Of a stretch of 64,000 nt of DNA, positions 39,872-51,263 are shown piece by piece. The DNA lies in NCBI GenBank assembly GCA_951406725.2, contig OX597818.1, positions 124,000,001-124,064,000 on the forward strand. The letters are read 5' to 3'. Numbering within the stretch: position 1 is the stretch's first letter; each line of letters opens with the position of its first letter. Source of the stretch: Octopus vulgaris (taxonomy: Eukaryota). The position numbers and the translations under genes are program-made. The notes under the pieces are model-generated. The model worked only from the letters and a program-made list of their open reading frames with translations. It was not told the origin of the DNA and made no database searches.

Positions 39872-40315
39872 AAAGTGGTGTGCTGGCAGAATCATTAGCA
39901 TGCTGGGCGAAAAATGCTTAGCAGTATTTTGTCTTTCTTTGTATTCTGATTTTAAATTCCACTGAGGTCAACTTTGCCTTTCATATTTTTGGGGTTGCTA
40001 AAACAAAACCAGTTAAATACTGGGGTGGATATAATTGACTATCCCCCTTCTCAAAAAATTACCGGTCTTATGCCAAAATTCAAAATCAATATTCCTGCAA
40101 GTTAAGACAGTGAGCTGGCAGTATCATTAGCATTCTGGGAAAAATGCTTAGCAGTATTTTGACTCTTTGTGTTCTGAGTTCAAATCCCGCTGAGGTAGAC
40201 TTTGTTTTCGTTCTTTTGCTGTTGATGAAATAAGGACCAGTTGAATACTGGGGTCGATGTAATTGACTTTCTCCCTCTCCCAAAATCACTGGCCTTGTAC
40301 CAAAATTTGAAGCCA
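39872..40315 (+). mobile_element. Two tandem old family B SINEs separated by a repeated target sequence
   Basis: Two heads and two cores. caat(a/g)ttcctgcNagt occurs at 39855, 40087 and 40314. Confidence 0.75.
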
Positions 40316-41269
40316 ATGTTCCTGCTAGTCATAAGGACAAAGTTCCAAGATAGTCTCATAAGGAAGTAAGATACAGATTGTATATTGAAATAATGGATCA
40401 GCAAGATGTGAATCTACTAAGTGCACTGATGGGGGAACAGAATATCAAAAAATTGTTGAAAATCACATCTAAAGTGTTCATCAAATGTGTTTGAAATCAT
40501 AGCAAATTTCTTCATTGAATACAGCCAAAACAAAGGCATCTGAAGCACCGTTACTACATATGATGTGCAAGAGAAACAAGCAATGCGACAAGACACCTAA
40601 CAAACTACTGGTTCTGAAATGAAGTACATATTCAGCTGCAATAAGCTATTCATTTCATAAAGTGCAACTTATGTTGAATAAATCAATCTTTGCTTTCACA
40701 ATGATGACTAAGAAGCTGTTGGTCAAAGCTATCCATATTGATTTTGAAAACGAATCTCCTCAGTTCAAGCTGCCTCCTTCAGATGTGATACTTCAGTTGA
40801 TCGAGTGTAGAAATACAATTAGTTTCTGCAACCAAAAATTATAAATGATCTCAGTAAAGAAGGTGCAAACTCCTTGGGAATCGGTAAAGGAACTTAGGCT
40901 TGTGCAGCAGGACATGTGCAAGCTCTTTCCAAAGCTTTTGAGTAGAGTGTGATGCTGAAAATATAAATCATTAACAACTCCTAGAGAGAACAAGGATATT
41001 GGAGATGTAAAGGTTTATGGACAGAGCTGGATTATGTGAGAGAAGAGCTTGGTCCAGAAGTAACCAATGGGGAAGCCAAAATGTGCAGTGCATATCACGG
41101 GAACTTGCATTCAAGGATGTCTGTATATCAGTCCCAGAGAATCAATATAAGATGGTGAGACAAGAGTCAAAATTGGTTAACACTGGCAAGTTAATTTTCA
41201 GTTACAAATAATCTACAAGTATTGATGGTGGAAGGGAGTGGCACCTCACTTGCTGCTCCAGAATGCACT

Positions 41270-42027
41270 ATAAATGTTTGATTATATTGAGATCCAGTGA
41301 TTATTGGGGATAATCCAAGTGGTTTACTTTACATTTGTGCTTTTTGTACCAATTTTGGATAACATTAATTGTGTGAATTGGTGCATTATTGTCCTGGAAA
41401 ACTGATCTACCCTCAGAGAATAATGTTTGCAGTACAGGATAGATATGATCAGCCAAAATACTCAGATAATCCTTATCATTAACTCTGCCTTGTTAAACAA
41501 CTAAAGGGATTCCATGATATGACTGCCAAAACCCTCACAGACCCAATTCCATACTTCATGGCAGGGGCCAAACAGTCAGGGTTGGAGGCTTCTTTGGGCT
41601 ATCTCAAGCCGTAAACTTCCACTGAAGTATGAAAGAGATTGAATGTTGATTTATCAGAGAAGACAACATTGTTCCACTGAGACACTGACCCCTTCTGGTA
41701 GTCTAGACACATTTTTTTCCCTCTTATCAATCTTGATGGGGAACAGGAGATGTTTAGCAATTTCAACCCTCTTCTGATATCCAGCTGTATGGAGCACACA
41801 ATGAATGGTTTAGGTTGGCACAAGATTGGCCAAGTGGTTTAGCTTTGTTACTTTTGTTGCTATAGTTTGATAATTTTTTGATTCAATATATTTCACTATT
41901 CTGTGGTTCCCCCCTGTGACCTTTGCCTACTCTCTAGAATTATGCTTGCCAGAGAATGTTTTTACCTTGGTTTTGGAATACCAACATGAATTTAGAGATT
42001 GTACTTCTTGAAACATTAAACAACATT
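41270..42027 (-). pseudogene. Degraded Tc1-family transposase
   Basis: QWNNVVFSDKSTFNLF (first catalytic D) and FQDNNAPIH (second D). Confidence 0.75.
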
Positions 42028-42559
42028 AACTTAGCGGTTCGGCAAAAGAGACCAATAGAATAAGTACTAGGCTTACAAAGAATAAGTCCTGGGGTCAATT
42101 TGCTCGACTAAAGGCGATGCTCCAGCATGGCCATAGTCAAATGACTGAAACAAATAAAAGAGTAATTCAGTAGTTTTACTGCCATCAATACTCCATCCAC
42201 TTGTCTGCTCTGGAAATCAGAAAGATCAAAAATTTAAACTTATCTAAATATAAATAATTGCAAAAAGAAAGAAAGGAAAACAGATGACAGCATGTTAGGG
42301 AGAGGTTCTTAACTACTTTGCCTTTCCTAGGAATTTGTCTTTCTCTCCATGACTCCTTGCATCTATGAATAAAATTCCCTCCCAAATTTTAAATAAAATC
42401 TAAAATATGTTTTTAGTCTTTTTATTGAATATGAATTAGTCACATTTTACAAAATATGTATAAGTTTATATATAATAACATTATACAAAAAGTGAAATAT
42501 TTGACACTGCTTCTTAGCACTGCTTCTTAGTTTTTTATATCGAATATGAATCAGTCAAA

Positions 42560-43400
42560 TTATTAGTGAGATACTTGACTCTGCTTCTTAGCTACAAGAT
42601 CTTCAATGCGTGGTTGAATGCCAAAGCAGGCACAACATAAGTCCCTTTCAATATTCAGCCTGTTTCTGTACTTGGTCTTGACAGCAACAAGCATGGAAAA
42701 TGCAGCTTCACAAAGATACGTAGATCCAAGCATAGCTAAAATCCAGAGCCTGATGTGAGATCAGAGAGTAAACAAGAAGGTACTCGATCCAGAATGTTTC
42801 AAGATCCAGTTCTTTGAAGTCTTCCTTAGCTGGGGAGTTGAACTTCAGCTCAAGAAACTCCTCTTGCACTTCATCCAAAACATCAGTCACTTCACACTGA
42901 AATGGGTTCCTGATGAATTTCCAAGCTTCACACTTTTTTCCATCTATATCTGGGAAGTATCTGATGAATTCTGTTTTCAAGTTAGTTAGATGAGTGGTTA
43001 TTTGTTTGTTTAACTCAGAATTAAGGTTACCATGAATGAGAGCAGAATCCAAGTAACTAAAACTTGCAGTATTTCCCTGCTGGATATGACATTTCCAGAG
43101 GTCAAGTTTGGCCATGAAGGTTCGAATGGTGTCATGGTGTGTGAAAATGTTAATGTTTTTCTCTTGTAGTTTAAGGTCGAGAGTGTTCAATGCTTCGAAG
43201 ATGTCCACTAGGTAAGCTAGAGATAGCTGAAAACCTTCAGACTGGAACTTGTCATGGAGATTTGCCTTCTGGAAGCCTCAACAACCATTGAAGTTTGTTG
43301 CTGAAATGCCCACAACTGTCTAACTTAGCTTGCTTCATGGAATGTACTTTTGTTTCAAAGAATGCCTTGAGTTTGTCTACAAGAGCAGGATGTGTTGTCC
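42560..43400 (-). pseudogene. hAT (Buster/Charlie, ZBED5/FAM200-like) transposase C-terminal fragment
   Basis: LAYLVDIFEALNTLDLKLQ...KLDLWK...FIRNPF...LETFW. A possible 5' TIR cagtggtacttaacc lies near 44650 on the minus strand. Confidence 0.85.
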
Positions 43401-44967
43401 TCAAGTGGCATTCCAAGGGTGAGGGTCACATTCCATCATTGCTCAAAATTTTGTAACATATCACACACTGGGGGACTTCTGTGTCACCCTTTTGGGGAGG
43501 GACATGAATCCAAATCGAATATATTTGTCAAAATACTTCCATTTCTTTGTACTCATTGTGAATTATTTGATGTGCAGTGGACAACACAAATATATGAACA
43601 AAAGATAAGGCACGTGTAAGGTAATGTCAAGGCCCAAGTTAAAATGCTTGCCCAAGTTAGAATGCTTGGAGAGAAAAGTACTGAAAAAAATTTTAAGCAA
43701 AAAAAATTTGGAATAAAAGTTAAATTAAAAGAAAAGTTATGCGAAAAATTTCTACAATAAAATGTTGTATTTATTTGTATGAAAATCTAAAAAAAAATTT
43801 CTTTAAAAAAGAAAAGATTGTGCATATCTTTCAATTTCATCTAGTACTTTCTGAAATATTTAAATCTGAATTTTAGTTTAACATTTGGCTTTATATTATA
43901 ATTATTTTTCTTGCAAAAAGATTTGCTATATTTTAGCATGAATATTTAATGTTAAAAATTTTGATTTTATTGTTAAAATTTTTCATTTTTTCAATCTGTG
44001 TTTTAATTTTTTGGGGACTTTATTAAATTGAATGATAGTAGAGCCTTTTACCTAATTTTTGTTTTTTAATTCCTATTTTCAAATATATCATACTTCTCAT
44101 CTTGCTAAAATTTTTAAATAGTTTTCAATTTTCTAAATTAAGTTAATATTTCTTAGTATGTTACTATAATGGTTTGATAATGTTTCAGCATATCTCTTGA
44201 TTTTTAAGAATTACATTATTTCATATATATGAAAACTATGGATCAAACTTGTTTATAAGCTATTAACTGAAAAAGATGTTTGTCTTTCCATGGTAATAAT
44301 ATCTAAGATTTATACCAGCAGTCCTTAACATAAATCTTGTAACAACAAAATTACAAGATAAAGGCAAAAGTTAAAGCTACAATTCGGAATTAGGGAGGGT
44401 TTCAAGGGATATGAAGTGGGGTCAATAGGTACAGAAAAGAGTAAGTGGCACTAAGATAGTAGAATAAGAAAACTAAAAGTACAAGGTGATACTTTTAAAT
44501 TTTTCATAAACTTCTCATTATTTGACCATGCTCTCGTTAAGAGAATAACAAATATAATTAGAGAAATTCCTGCTTTTTCTCAAGGGCTCGCACCCCCTTG
44601 GAAATTAGTAACACTCTTGTGGAGCGTGCCCCTCAGGTTAAGTACCACTGTTTTAAGGGCTACTTTATTTCCACCCATAGCACCTTCTCATATGCATGAC
44701 TAACTGAAATTGTATACTCAGTGGTTTACACTAACCCTGAAAAAGGTAAAGCAAATTTTGTGAGGTTTGTTATGGAATACTTGAGTTTTAGTTGGGGAGG
44801 AGTTTCTGGATATCAGTAACCTAAGAGTATTTGATTTTCAAAGCTTCTTGGGCATAGATTCCAAATCTTTTATCCCTGGTAGGGATAAATTTTCAATTTT
44901 AATGAGGGAAAGGAAGACCTCACTAACCCCACCTCATCATTTACTTTCCCTTACTTCTGAGCTGACA

Positions 44968-45186
44968 GAGGTGGTGAGCTGGCAGAATTGTTAGCACGCC
45001 AGGTGAAATGCTTAGTGGTATTTCGCCTGTCTTCATATTCTTAGTTCAAATGCCGTCAGGGTTGACTTTGCCTTACATCCTTTCAGGGGCGATAAAATAG
45101 GTACTAGTTGAGTACTAGGGTCAATGTAACTGTCTATCCACCTGCCCAAAATTTAAGGCCTTGTGCCTTCAATAGAAAGGATTATT
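44968..45186 (+). mobile_element. Family B SINE with TSD ttctgagctgaca
   Basis: Head and core match, with a 13-bp direct repeat on both flanks. Confidence 0.8.
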
Positions 45187-45759
45187 TCTGAGCTGACAAG
45201 ATACTTTTAATTATACATGGTTATTATCAGTTCAAATATGCTTGGGACTTATTCAAACTCATAAGAAGGTCATTCACCATGATTTGTCACAGAGAAAATT
45301 TCTGGCTATAGGCAAATGGTGTAAATTACACCATTACACTATTTGTCAACAACGAGAAATTTTCTTTATGACAAAACACACTGAATGACTTTCCTACAAG
45401 TTTTAATATGCCACAAGCATATTTGAACTGGTAATAATCTTGTAGTTATACACATTACTGCTTAGCATTTTTAACTATTTGTTAAAGTGTATTCTAGTCA
45501 CACTCTCCATCTGTAAATGAGCTCATATTTCTGTACAACTAAATGTAAATTTACCTGTAGTTAGAAAAAACATGGGAGGAATGTAGCTGAATTTTGAAAG
45601 ATGGACATTTGCATTATACATGAGTGCATCATCAACCACCATTTTATTTTATAGGGAGTAAATATAGAAAGTTCCATATAGAATTTTCTTCATATGGTGA
45701 ACTAGAATATAAAGAGATGGTATACTGTTACATTTGAATGAAACCTTAAACAAACATAA

Positions 45760-46155
45760 AATTATTAACCATCTTACAAACAATAACTCTGAGTACCTTT
45801 TCAAACTCCACCCGTCTAACACCCGTGGACATGTTTACAAAGTCAGAAAACAGTACAGCTCCCATGACTTTAGGAAACATTTTTTCACGCTAAGAGTTGT
45901 TGAAGCATGGAATAAACTGCCAGCATCAGTTGTTAGTTGTCGGAGCACTGCATCCTTCAAAACTTCCATGCTTTCTGAGATTCGCCAACACTACACCTGA
46001 TTTTCTCCCCTCCATACACACACAAGCATGTATCTGACTCATACATTGTTTGCTTTCCAGACATTTGCACATTAATGCATATACTTTATACGCACTTTCT
46101 GACAAGTTGTGGTGCACCTGAGCACTGTATACAATGATTTCATTATTATTATATT
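45760..46155 (+). mobile_element. CR1-type LINE 3' end
   Basis: NTRGHVYKV...RKHFFTLRVVEAWNKLPASVV (CR1 ORF2 C-terminus), a 3' UTR and an (att)n tail. Confidence 0.85.
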
Positions 46156-46389
46156 TTATTTCAGTTCCAATTTCTGCTGCAATATTTTAAAACTTCCTCT
46201 TCTTCTTGTCCTGTACTTTTCCAGGATCAATTAATTAAGATTATTAATATTCATGCATTCTCATTTTTGCTGCCAGTTCAATATTTTTATAGGTAATGCA
46301 TATTACAGTAAAAAAAATAATTGTTATTGAAACAAAATTGCAAAAAACCAACTCTAGTTAGGACAAATTCTAGTAACTGTAGTGTAGAA

Positions 46390-47406
46390 ACCGAGAGGAA
46401 CATAATAGAGAGCATCTAGCATGTAACAAACTCCATCCACCTAAGTATCGAGGTAACTATTGATTACCCCACAAGCCACCCAAACAATAAACTCCCTGTC
46501 TTTGATACCGAACTTTGGTTAGAGACTGTGAACAACAAGTGTGCAGCTCTTCCACTCCTATTACATAAGCCCATAGGTTCTAAATATATTGTTCACAAGA
46601 ACTCAGCTTAGTCACACAATATGAAAATGAACATACTGATAGCAGACATAGTTAGGATAATGAACAATGTGTACCCCCTATGTGGACCCTATGATACAAG
46701 GAAATATGTACAGGACTTCATGCATTACATGCAATTCTCTGGATATGATCAGAAAGATAGGATTCGGGTAATCAGGAGAGCTAGAGAGAAGTCAGATGGC
46801 ATTATATGTAATGAAACCAGTGGTACCTGCCCTAGATACAGAGGTAAAGACTGGAATTGGGTACAGAGAGTGTATGACAAAGCAAGCAGGGTGAGCACAT
46901 GGTATAAGAGCTGACAAATATCAAGGAGTGATGTTTGTAGGGGCCACAGCCCATGGGGAACTAACCTGTAGATTTAGGAAAGCTCTGAAGGAGACCAAAC
47001 TCAACATTAAGATCGTTGAAAAGCTAGGGAGCTCCATCAGATCACAGTTATGTAGGACGTACCGCTTTTGAGAATACCCCATGCACCAATGAGAATTGCA
47101 TGGTATGTAAGATTAAACATTAGAAATGTAGTCTACAGCATAAGATGCATAGAGGGTGCTTGTAAAGACAAGAACATGACATACACTGGTGAGACATCTA
47201 GAAGTATTGCAGAAAGACTAAATGAACATCTGAGACAATATGATGACAGAAAACAGTCCTCCATACTCTACCAACATGGAGGCACACTGAGCCGACTTAA
47301 CATCCACATTTTATCGAAGCACCTGAAGGACCCATCACTCAGACAAATACAGAAGTACATCCTCATAAATAAAACATACTCTATACTAAATAGGAAATAC
47401 ACATAG
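46390..47406 (+). mobile_element. Penelope-like element, degraded: RT thumb plus C-terminal GIY-YIG endonuclease
   Basis: KLPVFDTELW (LPFLD-like) followed by NVVYSIRC...TYTGETSRSIAERLNEH, the typical PLE GIY-YIG motif, with stops and frameshifts. Confidence 0.85.
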
Positions 47407-47480
47407 AAGGTAGTGATACTCCTATATCCACAACATATACATACACGGGTAGATTTCTTAGTAGACTGTTATGTAGGCAA

Positions 47481-47548
<68 letters not shown>

Positions 47549-47555
47549 TTATATA

Positions 47556-47586
<31 letters not shown>

Positions 47587-47597
47587 CTTTATATATG

Positions 47598-47629
<32 letters not shown>

Positions 47630-47798
47630 ACATAAGGGACGTTAGCCATCCGAATGTGGCTAGGGACAGGGCAGGGCGGTGGGGGTGTAACTGATGCATT
47701 TAGCCCCAGGCGATCATCAACGTCACCAGAAGGGCTGATGCCATCACGGCGTCCTCTAGCCTGCAAAGGGAGATCATTCCCCGAAGAAGCGGATGCCA

Positions 47799-47843
47799 CA
47801 TACGGACCCAGGTTTCAAGGTGTTTGCCTATCGTCAACGTATG
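47799..47843 (-). ncRNA. Minimal type I hammerhead-like motif (inverted copy)
   Basis: Reverse complement of 48148-48192. Confidence 0.65.
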
Positions 47844-48147
47844 GCAGGCACCGCCCCTCGACGAACGACTCTCTGTGCAGGCTATCTATATAAAGATTTT
47901 CACAGTAAATACATTTACTGATGTAGAAAATCTGTTCGACAGTAACACCCCCACCGCCCTGCCCTGTCCCTAGCCACATTCGGATGGCTAACGTCCCTTA
48001 TGTTATCGAGCAGTTACTGTCTATACCTCGTTTAGAGAATTATTATTGCTGTCGAACAGATTTTCTACATCAGTAAATGTATTTACTGTGAAAATCTTTA
48101 TATAGATAGCCTGCACAGAGAGTCGTTCGTCAAGGGGCGGTGCCTGC

Positions 48148-48192
48148 CATACGTTGACGATAGGCAAACACCTTGAAACCTGGGTCCGTATG
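48148..48192 (+). ncRNA. Minimal type I hammerhead-like motif, C3U variant
   Basis: CAUACG-UUGACGA-u-AGG-caaaca-CCU-u-GAAAC-CUGG-GUC-CGUAUG. Stem I is a perfect 6 bp and predicted cleavage is after 48186. Confidence 0.65.
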
Positions 48193-48419
48193 TGGCATCC
48201 GCTTCTTCGGGGAATGATCTCCCTTTGCAGGCTAGAGGACGCCGTGATGGCGTCAGCCCTTCTGGTGACGTTGATGATCGCCTGGGGCTAAATGCATCAG
48301 TAACACCCCCACCACCCTGCCCTGTCCCTAGCCACATTCGGATGGCTAACGTCCCTTATGTTATCAAGCAGTTACTGTCTATACCTCGTTTAGAGAATTA
48401 TTATTGCTATATATATATT

Positions 48420-48454
<35 letters not shown>

Positions 48455-48907
48455 ATATATATATAAATACAAAATGGGACAAGAGCGCAAAACATTCAAA
48501 TAGACAATACAAAAAAACACTGCTGGGTCATTCGGAGCCTCTAATCTTCAGTCAAGAACCGGATCATCCTTGCAATTTTGGCTGATTAATCTTGAGATTG
48601 CTCCAATCTGGCCAGCCCCAAGGAAAAACTAAGCTGCGAGCATTAGATTTCTTGGAAAAAGGATTGAATGTATACGAAACAAGGACAGAAAAACGGACGA
48701 TGTTACACGAATATAAATACAAAAAACAAAAAATAATACGAATATAAATACAAAAAACAAAAAATAATACGAATATAAATACAAAAAAATAATACGAATA
48801 ATATATATCTATATATATTAGTAGGTAAATGGCTATGTAGCGAGAGATGTAAGTAGATAGATAGGTAGATAGGTACATAGCTAATCTAATAGAGACAAAC
48901 AAGCACA

Positions 48908-48957
<50 letters not shown>

Positions 48958-49705
48958 GAAACAGATGGAAACACATGACCATATACACACATGCACACTC
49001 CATGCACAAAGGCACATATGGAGACACATCCTTACTTAACAGATGCATGTACATAGTCACACAAACACATACACATAGACACGTTCAAATGTGCACATAC
49101 AAGGAGACAGAGGTACACACACAAATACACACACACACACACACGTGCACACACACACACATAAGCATGCACACAAACACTTGCGCATGCATGTACACAC
49201 ATAATCACATGAATATTCAAAATACATAATAAAAACATACACACATGCATACATGCATATAAACATACATACATATACACACATCTACCTACCTACATAC
49301 ATACATACATACATACATACATACATACATACATACATACATACATACATACACACACATCTACCTACCTACCTACATACATACATACATATGTGTATAC
49401 ACATGCATGCTGATATACACACATGCACACAAACAACCAAAAAGAACACAGCTCCAATAATGAACAGATTCAATAACTATTGAAGAGGTTACAAGAAGCA
49501 CTGAAAATGTTAGAAGAAAAATATATAAGTAAATGAGTGGAAACTGAACGTGTGAGTGTGTTAATTAATAAGGCATTAAAACAGAATGACACTCCTCAGA
49601 CACAACAAAGTAAATTTTATAAATTGTCGAAAAGTAAATCACATAGCAATGCCAATAAAAAATTCAAAACAAGACGGGTGAGAAAATGCCTTTAAAACGG
49701 CAGTG

Positions 49706-50014
49706 CTGTTGTTGTTTGTTCCTTCTCAAGCCATGCCTGACTAATAAGGGCCGTTTTCCCAGTTTCATTGGCGTATAGGGTCTCCACCTGGACAGGATCC
49801 GGTCCATCGCAGGTGAGCAGCTAGATGCAGGAGGAAACAGTGAGAGAAAGTTGTGGAAAAAGAGTCAGCAGAAGTTCACCATTACCTTCTACTGGAGCCG
49901 CATGGCGCTTACATATTTCGCTCATAAACACACACATCACCCGGTCTGAGATTCGAACCCACGATCCCTTGACTGCGAGTGTGCTGCTCTAACCACTAGG
50001 TCATATGCTTACAC
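49706..50014 (-). mobile_element. tRNA-derived SINE related to family D with a different tail
   Basis: Head tgacctagtggttagagcagcacactcg...gttcgaatctc, an (aac)n tail and flanking taaaac(g/a)gca. Confidence 0.7.
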
Positions 50015-50217
50015 ATAAAACAGCAATAGATGAATTAAATGGTGCAAATCAGAAAGCGATTCAAGAGATATGAATTGATCAGCTTGAAGCAAAAAAGGTC
50101 TGATCATGTTCACATTTTTGAGAAATACCTTCAGTACACTGAGTCTTTGGATCAGCATGGTGCTGGACAAATAAGTTTTAAATATTTCAAATGATCTAAA
50201 TATCTTTCTAAAACATA

Positions 50218-51022
50218 GGGCAGTGAGCTGGCAGAAGCGTTATCAACACTGGGTAAAATGCTTACTCTTTTACTCTTTTACTTGTTTCAGTCATTTGACT
50301 GCGGCCATGCTGGAGCACCGCCTTTAATCGAGCAACTCGACCCCGGGACTTATTCTTTTGTAAGCCCAGTACTTATTCTATCGGTCTCTTTTGCCGAACC
50401 GCTAAGTAACGGGGACATAAACACACCAGCATCGGTTGTCAAGCAATGCTAGGGGGACAAACACAGACACACAAACACACACATGCATATATATATATAT
50501 ATACATATATACGACGGGCTTCTTTCAGTTTCCATCTACCAAATCCACTCACAAGGCTTTGGGCGGCCCGAGGCTATAGTAGAAGACACTTGCCCAAGGT
50601 GCCATGCAGTGGGAGTGAACCCGGAACCATGTGGTTGGTAAACAAGCTACTTACCACACAGCCACTCCTGCTTAGTAGTATTTTGTCCGTCTTTATGTTT
50701 TACGTTCACATTCTGCCAAGTTTGACTCTGTCTCTTATCCTTTTGGGCTTGATAAGATGTAATCGACTTACTCCCGCCCCCAAAACTGCAGGCCTTGAGC
50801 CAAAATTTGAAATGAATATTTTTCTAAAACATAAGGCAGCAAAGTGGCAGAAGCATCAGCACAGTGGCCAAAGTGCTCAGTGGTATTTCATCCATCTTTA
50901 AGTTCGAATTCTGCAGAGAATTTAGGGGGTCAATAAAATAAGTACCAGTTGAACACTGGGGTTGATGTAATCGACTTGTCCCCTCTACTGAAACTGCTGG
51001 CCTCGTGTCAAAAATTCAAAAT
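50218..51022 (+). mobile_element. Two tandem family B SINEs, the first interrupted by an inverted family A SINE (50263-50670)
   Basis: The B head at 50218 resumes at 50670 and a second B head starts at 50833. The target aatatYtttctRaaacata occurs three times. Confidence 0.75.
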
Positions 51023-51263
51023 CAATATTTTTCTGAAACATAGCAGTTTGTCAGCCTCTGTTCAATTCGCACAATGTCTCAAAGGGACTCTTTCTCTCCA
51101 ATGAAGAACACTGCCACAATGTATCCTGGATGTGAAAGGAATATTAATGAAGGCTAAAAAGTGAGCCAAGTGGAAGGGAAAGTTTTTAATTGAGGGCAGG
51201 AACTAATTGCCAATCTGTAAGAATCTGCGAAGATGCATCTATAAACTTTCCTAGTTCACATTA

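Larger units (their letters stand above)
47627..48408. mobile_element. GC-rich hammerhead-bearing module (358-bp period partial tandem plus inverted copy) between (TA)n arrays
   Basis: 47627-47942 is the inverse of 48049-48364, and 47940-48049 is repeated directly at 48298-48408. Confidence 0.8.

Noticed and set aside
47654-48503. Duplicated 79-113 aa ORFs
   Set aside because: They are by-products of a GC-rich inverted repeat, have no recognisable domain, and the longer ones run into (TA)n.
48520-48565. CTGAAGA...GAAT motif on the minus strand (related copy near 38320-38360)
   Set aside because: It lacks GAAA and a consistent stem I, so it was not called a ribozyme.
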